From a virus (lineage: Duplodnaviria > Caudoviricetes), in IMG/VR virus record IMGVR_UViG_2919450847_000005, positions 1-64,000 of that record: a stretch of DNA of 64,000 nucleotides. The stretch is one strand, 5' to 3'. The notes under the pieces were generated by a model. That model made no database searches, was not told the DNA's origin, and worked only from the letters and a program-made list of their open reading frames with translations. Both the position numbers and the translations under genes were made by a program. Shown here piece after piece: positions 54,530 to 63,640 of this stretch (the first letter of the stretch is position 1; every line of letters begins with the position of its first letter).

Positions 54530-55601
54530 CTTTCTTCCTCTGAACCCAGCAATCCAGCCAGTCGTCAGGCTCAGGCGACGGATAGACAGCCGCCTCGATG
54601 CCCTCGTTGATGGCTCGCTCCTGCAGGATCTTTGCTGCCTTGATACCCGGCGGATCGGAGAGGCCGCCGGTCTGAATGTTCTCGCGGTAGCGGTCCGCGT
54701 CCGCGTAAATCTCGATCCGGCGCACGCCGGCGGGGATCTGAAAGTTGACCATCCCAGAGGTCGACAGGGTCGCCCACACCGGCACCCTGCAACAGGTGAG
54801 CAGCATGACTCCGAGACCGGTCTCGATGCCCTCCGTGAGCCGAAGTACAGGCCCTTGCGGAGCCAGCCTAACGGCACCGCCGGCCGCCGGCCCGAGGCCT
54901 AGCTTGATCTTCTTCCCGTCGCCGTCGAGGAGGGGGCGACCGTCCGGCCCGATGAATATGCGCCAGATAGCGATAAGCTTCCGATTGGCTGCTTGGACGC
55001 CGCCGATCAGAGCAGGGTGCCGTTCCCGGCCGAGCATGACAGCGGGATGGTAGCGAAGGCTCGGCATCCAGCCGGTGCCTTGCGGGAAGTCAGTCAGCTC
55101 GATCGAGCGGGTGCGCAAATATTCCTCGGCCGGCGTGCCAGCTATCGGCACCGCTTCGTGCCAGACAGCGCTCGCCGTCTCCGCCTTCCGCTGCCTATCC
55201 CGCTCGTCGGCACGCCGACGCTTCTCCGCCTGCCGCTTGGATGCATCCTGCTGCCGCGCCCATTCCCGCTTCTCTTCGGCCGTGAGCTCGCGACGCCCTT
55301 CCAGACCGAGGAAGCGGGTCTTTGCAATCTGCACTGCATCGCCGTGGGTCTTGCAGTTGAAGGCGAGTTCGATCAGCGTGATCAGGTTGCCGCCGCCCTT
55401 GGCATTGGCGACGTGCTGCCCCTGCCAGTATCCCACAGTGCCCGCCCGGCCGCCGCGGATATGGACGGACACCTTGCCGTGCAGGTCGCCGCGCCAGTAA
55501 ACGCCCTCGCGCTTTCCATTCGGGATGCACTGCTCGGCAATCGCTTCCGCCATGTCGTTCAGGCGGTTGACGATCTCTTGATACGTGAGGTCACTCGACA
55601 T
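54495..55601 (-). CDS. Primase-like protein with Toprim domain
   Basis: YLRTRSI, GAVRL, TEGIETGL, IYADAD, DDWLD Toprim motifs. Confidence 0.85.
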   Translation of the reverse strand: MSSDLTYQEIVNRLNDMAEAIAEQCIPNGKREGVYWRGDLHGKVSVHIRGGRAGTVGYWQGQHVANAKGGGNLITLIELAFNCKTHGDAVQIAKTRFLGLEGRRELTAEEKREWARQQDASKRQAEKRRRADERDRQRKAETASAVWHEAVPIAGTPAEEYLRTRSIELTDFPQGTGWMPSLRYHPAVMLGRERHPALIGGVQAANRKLIAIWRIFIGPDGRPLLDGDGKKIKLGLGPAAGGAVRLAPQGPVLRLTEGIETGLGVMLLTCCRVPVWATLSTSGMVNFQIPAGVRRIEIYADADRYRENIQTGGLSDPPGIKAAKILQERAINEGIEAAVYPSPEPDDWLDCWVQRKKDERQQRFVQYF

Positions 55602-56188
55602 CAGAGGAGCGTCTGCTGCTGGACGTAGGACTTGCCCCTGTCGAAGGCGAGCCCGGGCTCGTGCTCGATCCGCAGTGCGTGAAGCATGCACAGCGCCTCG
55701 GCCTCGTCTTCGGTGTTGTAGGACCACCCCTCCCGGTCGCAGTAAATTATGGCCTGCTGCTTGAGCCATTTGCTGCGTTGAGCCTGCGGCGCCTTCTCCA
55801 GATCCTTTGGCACGCGAGTCTTCCCGTGCGTGCGGGAGCGCCAGGTCGCGATCGCTATGGTCTCGGCGGGCCGCAGCCTCATCTGGAAGCAGACGGCCTT
55901 GGCAATCGCCTGCCAGCCGGCGGAGAACGCAATCTGCTCGGGGTCGATAACTTGGTTCGGGCCGTGCGCGACGATGGTCATCAGCTCCATCGTAAGCTGG
56001 GGATCCGGCAGGCCCGACAGCAGCCGCCTCAGGTACGCTGCAAATTCCGCATACGCCTCGCCATGGTCTTCCTGCTTAAAGCGCCATGTCCCGTGCCGGA
56101 GGCCTGCACCTCCGGCAAGGCAATAAGCAAACCCTGCGGTTCGGCCGGGATCGAGGACAAAGTAGGAGCCGGGCGCGCCATTTCGCAT
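55601..56188 (-). CDS. RuvC-like Holliday junction resolvase / endonuclease
   Basis: VLDPGRTAG, mid-region E, EDEAEAL acidic motifs; coupled to primase. Confidence 0.65.
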   Translation of the reverse strand: MRNGAPGSYFVLDPGRTAGFAYCLAGGAGLRHGTWRFKQEDHGEAYAEFAAYLRRLLSGLPDPQLTMELMTIVAHGPNQVIDPEQIAFSAGWQAIAKAVCFQMRLRPAETIAIATWRSRTHGKTRVPKDLEKAPQAQRSKWLKQQAIIYCDREGWSYNTEDEAEALCMLHALRIEHEPGLAFDRGKSYVQQQTLL

Positions 56189-56763
56189 GCCGCTTTCTCC
56201 GTGTTGAATTTGGTGGTCTCGTTACCGAATGCGTGCCAGCCCGGCCGCTGCTCGCGCGCGAAAACGTCGGCGCGGCGGGCGTGGGGCATCACGCGGTCGC
56301 AAATGGCGTAGAACTCGTCGGGCTTGCGGCTGTGTTCACGCACGACCCCGTCGAATACCGTGCGTGGCACCCAGCTCTGCCTTGGGTTACCGATGGCACC
56401 AACTACAACGATCTCGCCGGTGGTGCGGACACGATATCCTGTACCCATCCGCTCCTTGCCCTTGGCCGTGCGCTTCCGCCAGACCAAGAAGGACTTGTAC
56501 TTGAACCCCCACGCCTTGACGCAGTCGATGGCGAGGGGGAGTTGCGGTGCCGTCGCCCAGAGGTAGAGGAGGCAATTCATCGAAGCGAGCGAACCCACCG
56601 GCAGGGCAAGGATCTCGTGGTCCATCATGCAGGGGTATTGCCGCTGCGCCGATTTGGCGTTGCCCTTCTCGCTATACAGCCCGAAGTCCCACGGTGGGTC
56701 GACCACAATGAGTTCGTAGTGCAGCGGGAGCAGGGGATCGAAGAACCATGTGCTCGCGCTCAC
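56029..56763 (-). CDS. MT-A70 family adenine methyltransferase
   Basis: IVVDPPW, L.LWAT, WGF.YK, W.K, HSRKPDE, VFARE.RPGW..FGNE motifs. Confidence 0.9.
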   Translation of the reverse strand: MSASTWFFDPLLPLHYELIVVDPPWDFGLYSEKGNAKSAQRQYPCMMDHEILALPVGSLASMNCLLYLWATAPQLPLAIDCVKAWGFKYKSFLVWRKRTAKGKERMGTGYRVRTTGEIVVVGAIGNPRQSWVPRTVFDGVVREHSRKPDEFYAICDRVMPHARRADVFAREQRPGWHAFGNETTKFNTEKAACEMARPAPTLSSIPAEPQGLLIALPEVQASGTGHGALSRKTMARRMRNLQRT

Positions 56764-56776
56764 GTTCCCGCCGCCC

Positions 56777-57028
56777 TTAGCGCTTCGGTGCCGGGACGTC
56801 GCGGCCGGGGGTAGCGCCGTTGTCGAGCGTGATTTGCCCGATTACGGCAACCTCCTCGAGCCGCTGCTCATCAAACCAGTGCCCCTCCAGCAGCTTGCCG
56901 TCCTTGTCGACGCCCGGCTGGAGAAGCACCTGCGAGCAGCCGGAGATGTAGTGGGAGTGGCCGGTGGCGATACCCTGGAATCGGGTGATGCAGTCGCGAT
57001 AGGTACGGCCGAACTCGATCTTGCTCAC
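56777..57028 (-). CDS. Small conserved-type phage protein
   Basis: ITRFQGIATG...YISGC.Q..LQP...WFDEQRL. Confidence 0.7.
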   Translation of the reverse strand: MSKIEFGRTYRDCITRFQGIATGHSHYISGCSQVLLQPGVDKDGKLLEGHWFDEQRLEEVAVIGQITLDNGATPGRDVPAPKR

Positions 57029-57096
57029 GGAAATTTCCTCATGATGTCGGTTGACGAAAGGCGGCGATCCAGTTGAGGGATCGCCGTTCTGGGTTG

Positions 57097-57597
57097 TCAG
57101 TCTGGCTGCTCTGCCATCGCGCCGGCGAGCTCCTTGTTGACGAGCTTGTTGCCGTCGCGGATGCCATCCTCCCAGCGCTCGAATTCTCTCGTGCTGGGCT
57201 GATAGGGATTGGCGATCTGCTTTCGGAGCCGTCCCGCCGCGAAGCCCGCCTGATAGGCTCGCTCGTCCTGCGACGCGGGATCCTCGTCGAGGAGGCTCAT
57301 TTGCCGGCCGATACGGTGGCCGAACAGCTTCGCGATGCGGATCTTCCGCTCGAAGTCGGCGACCACCTGGCCGACGTCCTTGTCCTCGAGCGTCTTCGCG
57401 AATTCGAGGTCCTTCTTCGTCCAGCCCATATCCTTCAGGCGCTTCAGCGCGGCGCCGATATCACCCTTTGTGCTCGCCATGTCGGACTCGAGGCGTTTGA
57501 TCTCCCCGAAGGTGTCGAGGAACTTCTGGTCCTCCCAGATCTCCTGCTGCGTCTTCTCATTGTGCTCGCTGGTCACGATGCGCTCCTTCTTGGCCAT
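57097..57597 (-). CDS. GapR/DUF2312-like DNA-binding protein
   Basis: EIKRLE.D......DI......LK..GW..K.L pattern; GGAGACC RBS. Confidence 0.55.
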   Translation of the reverse strand: MAKKERIVTSEHNEKTQQEIWEDQKFLDTFGEIKRLESDMASTKGDIGAALKRLKDMGWTKKDLEFAKTLEDKDVGQVVADFERKIRIAKLFGHRIGRQMSLLDEDPASQDERAYQAGFAAGRLRKQIANPYQPSTREFERWEDGIRDGNKLVNKELAGAMAEQPD

Positions 57598-57616
57598 CGT
57601 CGTTGGTCTCCTCGGT

Positions 57617-57934
57617 TCAGTCTTTCTCGATGCCTAGCTGCTGGCGGGCTTCCTCGATCGGCAGGCCTGACCTCAGGAGCTCGGCATACCGAGGCTCCAG
57701 GTCGGGCGGGACGTAGAAGCCGCGGCGTGCGCGGTTGAAATCTTGGATGTGGCGCGGCATCCGCGCCCCCGCCGGCGCGCTGGGCTCATTGAGCCCCAGT
57801 TTCTTGATGCGCCGGCGCACTACTTCTCGATGGATTCCCAGATCACGAGCGATCGCGCGCTCGGACTTCTTCAAAGAAACCAAAACGCGAAGAGCATCGT
57901 CTCGCTCAGAATTCCAAAATGGAACGCCCCCCAA
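57617..57934 (-). CDS. GcrA-like HTH protein
   Basis: W..ERDD.LR.L......ER.IA..LG..R..V..RI.KLGL resembles the GcrA N-terminal HTH. Confidence 0.5.
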   Translation of the reverse strand: MGGVPFWNSERDDALRVLVSLKKSERAIARDLGIHREVVRRRIKKLGLNEPSAPAGARMPRHIQDFNRARRGFYVPPDLEPRYAELLRSGLPIEEARQQLGIEKD

Positions 57935-57988
57935 GAAACGCCTCCAAACATGTAGTTTCTATGGAGAGATCGATACGTGACGAGGAGA

Positions 57989-58234
57989 TTATGCCTTCGA
58001 TTTCGCGTTAGCCCGCCCAAGCCACTCCCAATCGATACCGGGAATTTCTCGTTTCTTGCAGGAGGCAATGAGCGCCTCCCAATAAATGGGAGCAATACTC
58101 TCCCTTCTATACATTTGCCTTGCCGCCTCATATCCGCAGCCGACGTCGTTCGCGAACTCCACGAACGTTTTCCAACGACCAATCAGGTCGGGGATGGAGG
58201 CCGGGATAGATGAGTTCAGGTCAACGGTTGTCAT
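57989..58234 (-). CDS. cro: Cro-like repressor
   Basis: Small HTH (FANDVGCGYEAARQM.RR.SI) divergent from cI. Confidence 0.75.
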   Translation of the reverse strand: MTTVDLNSSIPASIPDLIGRWKTFVEFANDVGCGYEAARQMYRRESIAPIYWEALIASCKKREIPGIDWEWLGRANAKSKA

Positions 58235-58272
58235 GTGGTCCTGTGCCGGGTTCCGGTTGGCCAGTTCCCAAA

Positions 58273-58347
58273 CAGTACATTTCGTACGAAGGTTGTTCAA
58301 GAGGAAATCGTACGCCTTGGACGAGGAAAATCGTTCATCGTGTACGG
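58273..58347. promoter_or_regulatory. Three 17-bp operators (OR-like) between cro and cI
   Basis: CAGTAC-N5-GTACGA (58273-58289), TCGTAC-N5-GGACGA (58308-58324), TCGTTC-N5-GTACGG (58331-58347). Confidence 0.8.
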
Positions 58348-58965
58348 ATGGAAGAGCCGAAGAACAGATTGCAGAAGGCGAGGGCGGCTGCGGGATTTAA
58401 GAGTCCTGCTGAGGCGGCCCGTGCGTTCCCGCGCCTCATCAACCAGAACACCCTCACCAGTAACGAGAACGGCAACCGCCCGATCTCGCGGAAGATGGCG
58501 CCGATCTATGCGGACGTCTTCGGCGTGGATGCTGGATGGCTGTTGTACGGGCAGAAAGGGAAGGGCGCCCAAACGTCAGAAGTGGACGTTCCCGTCCTTT
58601 CCATGGTGAGTGCCGGCAATCTTCGACACCAGCCAACGGTGGAGGAGCACGACGTACTCCGACGCATCAAGATCGGTGATCTCCCGGAGGGCGAGTGGGT
58701 TGCTCTTCAGGTGGATGGCGACTCCATGAACAGGGTCGCGCCTGACGGAGCCATCATTGTGATCAACCGGGCGGATACGCGGCTCATTGACGGTAGGTTC
58801 TATGTGTTTTCCCTCGACGAGGGAGAGGCCACCTTCAAGATGTTCAAACGCGATCCTGATCGCCTTCAGCCGTTCTCAACGAACCCGGACCACATGGCGA
58901 CGCCGGCGGACCGCGAGGATCTCTATGTGTTCGGCCGTGTGAGAAGGGTCATCCATGACATCTGA
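58348..58965 (+). CDS. cI: CI-type repressor (XRE HTH + S24 autopeptidase)
   Basis: RLQKARAAAG, NTLTSNENG HTH; VSAG cleavage site, GDSM serine, TFK lysine. Confidence 0.9.
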   Translation: MEEPKNRLQKARAAAGFKSPAEAARAFPRLINQNTLTSNENGNRPISRKMAPIYADVFGVDAGWLLYGQKGKGAQTSEVDVPVLSMVSAGNLRHQPTVEEHDVLRRIKIGDLPEGEWVALQVDGDSMNRVAPDGAIIVINRADTRLIDGRFYVFSLDEGEATFKMFKRDPDRLQPFSTNPDHMATPADREDLYVFGRVRRVIHDI

Positions 58966-59296
58966 AAGGATCGTGCTCGCCGGCTTTCTTTCCGCCATCC
59001 TGGCTGCTTCGCCAGCAGTCGCAGATTCAATCCCGATCGATAAATTTTCGGTGTTCGGCAAGCCAGATGATAGAGCCGAGGCGGTTGAGGCGGCGACATT
59101 CGTCAAATCGTCGGGGAACATCTGCTTCAGCATTTCTGGGGGCATTTCAATGCCAAGCAGGGATGGGGCGGTGGGGTTCCGACTCATGTGCGATAAGTTC
59201 CTGCGCACATATGATGTCGTCGACAATGGCGTAAACCGGGTCATCTTCCAGATGGAATCCGGGTCGCCGTTCGTTTTAGGGAACGCCCCTCAATAG
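58955..59296 (+). CDS. Exported protein downstream of cI
   Basis: Signal peptide IVLAGFLSAILAASPAVA; overlaps the cI stop. Confidence 0.65.
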   Translation: MTSERIVLAGFLSAILAASPAVADSIPIDKFSVFGKPDDRAEAVEAATFVKSSGNICFSISGGISMPSRDGAVGFRLMCDKFLRTYDVVDNGVNRVIFQMESGSPFVLGNAPQ

Positions 59297-59340
59297 AACG
59301 TACACCATTCTTCTCATGTCTTGCTCTTGTTCTATCTTTC

Positions 59341-59578
59341 GCTCTGCTTGATCAGTGGTGAGCCTAGAGCCCGGACATAGGAGGACTAAGCCCCGTGCTC
59401 TGAGAGCATCCGGGGTTAGCCCCTATGCCGAGTGACTTGATCAGCGGAGCCGCCTGTCACCCATCCCCGACGGTCGTCTTCCAGCGCCGCCAGTCGTCCG
59501 CACTTTTTCGTCGCTCCTGGTAGAGCAACGGCAGGTACCCCTTCGGACTTTCGGAGTGGGGCTTCTATTTACCTGCGC
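59341..59578. ncRNA. Candidate structured RNA (long rod-like hairpin plus a second hairpin)
   Basis: Nested pairings across 59341-59450 and 59531-59576; no convincing ORF. Confidence 0.4.
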
Positions 59579-59650
59579 CCGATGGTATAGAACAAACCGC
59601 GATCAAACGGAGAGGTCGCCACCGTCTTCAAACCAACCGACCTCTTTTCG

Positions 59651-59684
59651 AAGCCCCGGGTCTCCAGCCCGGGGTTTTTCGTTT
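59651..59684 (+). terminator. Rho-independent terminator
   Basis: AAGCCCCGGG-tctccag-CCCGGGGTTT followed by TTCGTTT. Confidence 0.8.
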
Positions 59685-59716
59685 GTACGACCAGCCGCAC
59701 CCCTCGGCAAGATTTT

Positions 59717-59760
59717 TCGTACAAAACGTACTTGACCATGTTTCGTACATAACGTACGTT
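59717..59760 (+). promoter_or_regulatory. PL-like promoter with two operators
   Basis: TTGACC-N17-TACGTT (59732-59760) overlapped by TCGTAC-N5-GTACTT (59717-59733) and TCGTAC-N5-GTACGT (59743-59759). Confidence 0.75.
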
Positions 59761-59997
59761 TCGATCGTCAGCCGGGCGAGGCGGCTATGCCGAGCGGCAC
59801 ATCCCAACTGCAGGCGGAAATGGCAGGAGCCATCCGAGCCTTGCACAGCGGCGATGAGCCCTCGGAGAGGTGACGCGATCACATGAAATTCGCCCGGATC
59901 GCGTGTCTGGCCCACTGCCACGGGGTGGTTCTTTAGCCACGCCTTCGCGCCAACGATTCCGTCGGGGGATGTGAGGTTCCTCGACAAGGGGAGCCTC

Positions 59998-61296
59998 ATG
60001 AAAATCGTCTCGCTTCGCGCCGAGAACATCAAGCGACTGACCGCCGTCGAGATCACGCCACAGGGAAATGTGGTGGAGATCACCGGCAAGAATGGCCAGG
60101 GCAAGACGTCCATCCTGGATGCGATCTGGTGGGCGCTCGGCGGCAAGAAGCCGGTGCAGTCGAAGCCGGTGCGGGACGGCGCCGAGAAGGGCGTCATCGA
60201 GCTCGACATCGGCGACTACGTGGTCACCAAGACCTTCAAGGTGAAAGAGGGGGGCGACTACACCGAGATCCTGACGGTCAAGAACCGCGACGGCTTCAAG
60301 GCATCAAGCCCCCAGGACGTGTTGAACGGCTTCCTCGGCGAGCTCACTTTCGACCCCCTATCGTTCTCCCGCATGAAAGCGGCCGATCAGGTGACCGCGC
60401 TGCGCAGCATGGTGCCCGGCTTCGACTTCGCGGCCGCCGACCAGGCCAACAAGGAGGACTTCGCGGCCCGCACCGAGGTGAACCGCAAGGCCAAGGATCT
60501 CGTCCCGGTGATCGACGATATCCGCGTTCCCGACGACACGCCGGACGAGCGGATCAGCGTCGAAAGCCTGATGGCCGAACTGAGCGGTGCGCTGGACCAC
60601 AACAGCAAGATCGACCAGCAACTCGCCAACCAGCGGCGGCTGCAGGATGGCATCGCGTCGTTCAAGGCCACGCGGCTGCGGAACGCCGAGCGCATCGCCA
60701 ACCTGGAGAGGCAGATCGAGGATCTGAGGAACGAGGATCTTCAGACCACCGAGGCGCAGGCGGAAGCGGAACGCCTGCTCGGGACACTGGTCATCGACGA
60801 CCCGATCGACATCGTGCCGATCCGGCAGCGCATCAGCGAATCCGAGACCACCAACCGCAACGTCGACCAGAAGGACCGGCTCGCGTCGCTGGTGAAGCAG
60901 CGGAAGGGCCTGCTCGATGAGAGCGAAGCCCTCACCAGGGCGATGGAGGCTCGAAAGGAGGCCGCGGCGAAGGCGGTGCGCGAGGCGAAGCTTCCGGTCG
61001 CCGGGCTGGAGCTCGCCGAGGACGCGGTGCTCCTCAATGGCCAGCCCTTCGACCAGGCCAGCGATGCCGAGCAACTGCGGGTGTCGGTGGCCGTCGCCGG
61101 CGCGATGAACCCGAAGCTCCGAGTCGTGCGGGTGCGCGATGGCTCGCTCCTCGACGAGGACTCCATGGCGGCGCTTGCCCGCTATGCGGAGGAGAATGAC
61201 CTGCAGATATGGGTCGAGACTGTCCAGTCGGGCCGCGACAGCGCGATCGTCATCGAGGACGGCATGGTTGCTCAGGTTCGCGAGGCTGCGGAATGA
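59998..61296 (+). CDS. SMC/SbcC-like AAA ATPase (phage recombination module)
   Basis: ENIKRL, GKNGQGKTSILDAI Walker A, long coiled coil, S..EQLR signature, RDGSLLD. Confidence 0.85.
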   Translation: MKIVSLRAENIKRLTAVEITPQGNVVEITGKNGQGKTSILDAIWWALGGKKPVQSKPVRDGAEKGVIELDIGDYVVTKTFKVKEGGDYTEILTVKNRDGFKASSPQDVLNGFLGELTFDPLSFSRMKAADQVTALRSMVPGFDFAAADQANKEDFAARTEVNRKAKDLVPVIDDIRVPDDTPDERISVESLMAELSGALDHNSKIDQQLANQRRLQDGIASFKATRLRNAERIANLERQIEDLRNEDLQTTEAQAEAERLLGTLVIDDPIDIVPIRQRISESETTNRNVDQKDRLASLVKQRKGLLDESEALTRAMEARKEAAAKAVREAKLPVAGLELAEDAVLLNGQPFDQASDAEQLRVSVAVAGAMNPKLRVVRVRDGSLLDEDSMAALARYAEENDLQIWVETVQSGRDSAIVIEDGMVAQVREAAE

Positions 61297-62390
61297 GCGA
61301 GCTGCTCCCTTTGGGCCTTCACCTCGGCCTTGCGGAGGAGGCCTACCACGCCGATCCGGCTCTCGGCTCCACCTCGATCAAGGGGCTGGCGACCAAGCCG
61401 TGCAAGTGGCAGTACGACCGCCTACGGCCGCGCAAGGACGTGGAGCCGGAGCATCTGGTCTGGGGGCGGGCATGGCATTGCCGCGTCCTGGAGGGCAAGG
61501 CTGCGTTCGAACAGCGCTACGCCAAGCCGCCGCGCCCGGAAGATTATCCCGACGCCCTTAATACGACCGACCAGATCAAGGATTTCCTGCGCATGCATGG
61601 CCAGAAGCTGACCGGCAACAAGCCGGAGCTGATGGCGCGCGCAAAGGAGATGGACGACTGCCCGGCGTTCTTCGACGAAATCTTCGCGCGGTGGTCGGCT
61701 GAGCATCCCGACCATGTGCAGCTGACTGATCGGCAGGTGCAGGAGATCGAGGACGCAGTCGCCAACATGGAGCGGGATCCGACCCTCTCCTCGGTCATGA
61801 CCGCGGGCTCGCTGCTCGATGGCGCCGCCGAGATGTCGGTCATTTGGGTTGATGAGCGCGGCATCCGCCGGAAGTGCCGTTACGACTACGGCATTGGGCC
61901 AACGCCTCAGCGCCCAAAGTCTCTCATTGTCGATCTCAAGTCATTCACCTCCTACAAGGGCGGCTCCGACGAAGAGGCGGCGATCCGCAAGGTCTACGAC
62001 GAGTTCTATGACTTGCAGACCGGCGGGTACATGGACGGCTACGTGGCCGGCCGCGCCTTCCTGAGTGAAGGGCAGGTATTTGGCATCCCGCCAGCGCCTG
62101 GCTATCTCGAGTCGTTCTTCAACGCGCCCGGCGTCGACTGGGTGTGGATCTTCATGCGGCGGGACAATGGGATGATCCCGATCACGCTGTCGATCGATAC
62201 CGAGGACGTGATGTTCGTCGAGGCGCGCAAGACCGTCACCGCGGCGCTCGACACCTACCTCGCCTACGTCGCCCGGTTCGGTGTCGACCAACTCTGGACG
62301 CCGCCGCCGAAGGCTCCCCTCCGGCTGAACCACACCGTCATGCCCACCTACAACCGAGGGATCCTCCATGAGCAGCCGAACCACCGCTAA
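61293..62390 (+). CDS. RecE / Exo VIII-like PD-(D/E)XK exonuclease (DUF3799-type)
   Basis: YHADPALGSTSIK, G.AWH..VLE, AEMSV.W, KCRYD, IVDLKS. Confidence 0.8.
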   Translation: MSELLPLGLHLGLAEEAYHADPALGSTSIKGLATKPCKWQYDRLRPRKDVEPEHLVWGRAWHCRVLEGKAAFEQRYAKPPRPEDYPDALNTTDQIKDFLRMHGQKLTGNKPELMARAKEMDDCPAFFDEIFARWSAEHPDHVQLTDRQVQEIEDAVANMERDPTLSSVMTAGSLLDGAAEMSVIWVDERGIRRKCRYDYGIGPTPQRPKSLIVDLKSFTSYKGGSDEEAAIRKVYDEFYDLQTGGYMDGYVAGRAFLSEGQVFGIPPAPGYLESFFNAPGVDWVWIFMRRDNGMIPITLSIDTEDVMFVEARKTVTAALDTYLAYVARFGVDQLWTPPPKAPLRLNHTVMPTYNRGILHEQPNHR

Positions 62391-63630
62391 GGCAGTGGCG
62401 CTCGCCACCGATCCGGCGGCCATCCTCGATGAGGTGAGGGGAGATATCGCCCCGCTGCTCGCGGAGAACGGTCAGAGCTACGACCGCCTTCGGTCGACGC
62501 TGATGATCGCGATCCAGCAGGAGCCGAAGATCCTGGAATGCACGGCCGACAGCCTGCGTCGCGAGATCATGAAGTGTGCCGCCGACGGTCTGGTGCCCGA
62601 CTCCAAGGAAGCGGTGCTGCTCCCGTACTGGGATAGCAAGGCTGGCGTCATGCTGGCGAACTACCAACCCATGGTTCACGGCGTTATCAAGCGCCTGCGC
62701 GAACTTGGCGGCGTGTTCTCGATCGTCTGCAAGCTGGTCTACGAGAAGGACGAGTTCATCCTCGACGAGGCTGATCCCGACTCCCTCTCGCATAAGTCCG
62801 ACCCGTTCTCCAAGGATCGTGGACCGGTGGTTGGCGGCTATGTGGTGTTTCGCGACGACCAGAAGCGGGTGATGCACCTCGAGACCATGTCGGTCGACGA
62901 GTTCGAGAAGGTGCGCAAGGCGTCGAAGGCACCCAATAGCCCGGCCTGGACGAACTGGGGCGACGAGATGCGGCGCAAAGCCGTGCTCCGCCGCGGTTCG
63001 AAATACATCTCGGTCGACAACGACAAGATCCGCGCGCTGCTCCAGCGCCAGGACGACATGTTCGATTTCAGCCAGCCGCGCGTGGCCGAGCGTGTCGATC
63101 CGTTCTCCGGGCGGATCATTGAAGGGGAGACCCGCCCTGCCGTCCAGAGTGCCGCCACCGCGGCCATCGAGAACAAGCCGGCCATCGCTATGCCGCAGGA
63201 CCGGCAGCCGGCTCCAGCGTCGAATGTCAACAGCGGCGATGCCGCGCCGCGTGAGACAGGGCGTGTCGAGAGTGACACGGGCAGGAACGAAGGGCCGAAG
63301 CCGGCACCGCTGGACCTGCCTGACATGACCGTCGACGCGGCCGACCGCGAGAAGGCCATTGAGGGCGTCACCAAGCTGCTCGCCATTGGCCTGGAAGCTG
63401 GCATCACGCCGAAAGAGCGCAGCGACATGCTGAAGGATGCCGCGCCGCTCTGGAAGGGGGCGACCCCCGAATATCTGCACCCGCTGCTGAAGGCCTGTGT
63501 CGACATCACCCTGTGGGCGGTCAAGGCCGATGCCGAGGGCCGTCCCTGGACGGCGGATCACGCCATGTTCGTCCACAAGGTTCGGGCCCTGCTCGACGTT
63601 CCTAAGCTTGCCATCGGCAAGTATCCGTGA
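62368..63630 (+). CDS. recT: RecT-family ssDNA annealing protein
   Basis: CAADGL.PD..EA.L.PY, P...G, V...D.F, W....EM.RK.VLRR..KY. Confidence 0.88.
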   Translation: MSSRTTAKAVALATDPAAILDEVRGDIAPLLAENGQSYDRLRSTLMIAIQQEPKILECTADSLRREIMKCAADGLVPDSKEAVLLPYWDSKAGVMLANYQPMVHGVIKRLRELGGVFSIVCKLVYEKDEFILDEADPDSLSHKSDPFSKDRGPVVGGYVVFRDDQKRVMHLETMSVDEFEKVRKASKAPNSPAWTNWGDEMRRKAVLRRGSKYISVDNDKIRALLQRQDDMFDFSQPRVAERVDPFSGRIIEGETRPAVQSAATAAIENKPAIAMPQDRQPAPASNVNSGDAAPRETGRVESDTGRNEGPKPAPLDLPDMTVDAADREKAIEGVTKLLAIGLEAGITPKERSDMLKDAAPLWKGATPEYLHPLLKACVDITLWAVKADAEGRPWTADHAMFVHKVRALLDVPKLAIGKYP

Positions 63631-63640
63631 GGCCGCTGCC

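Noticed and set aside
59341-59450. Hammerhead ribozyme in the long hairpin
   Set aside because: The CUGANGA and GAAA core is absent (the loop reads CUGAGAG) and there is no three-way junction.
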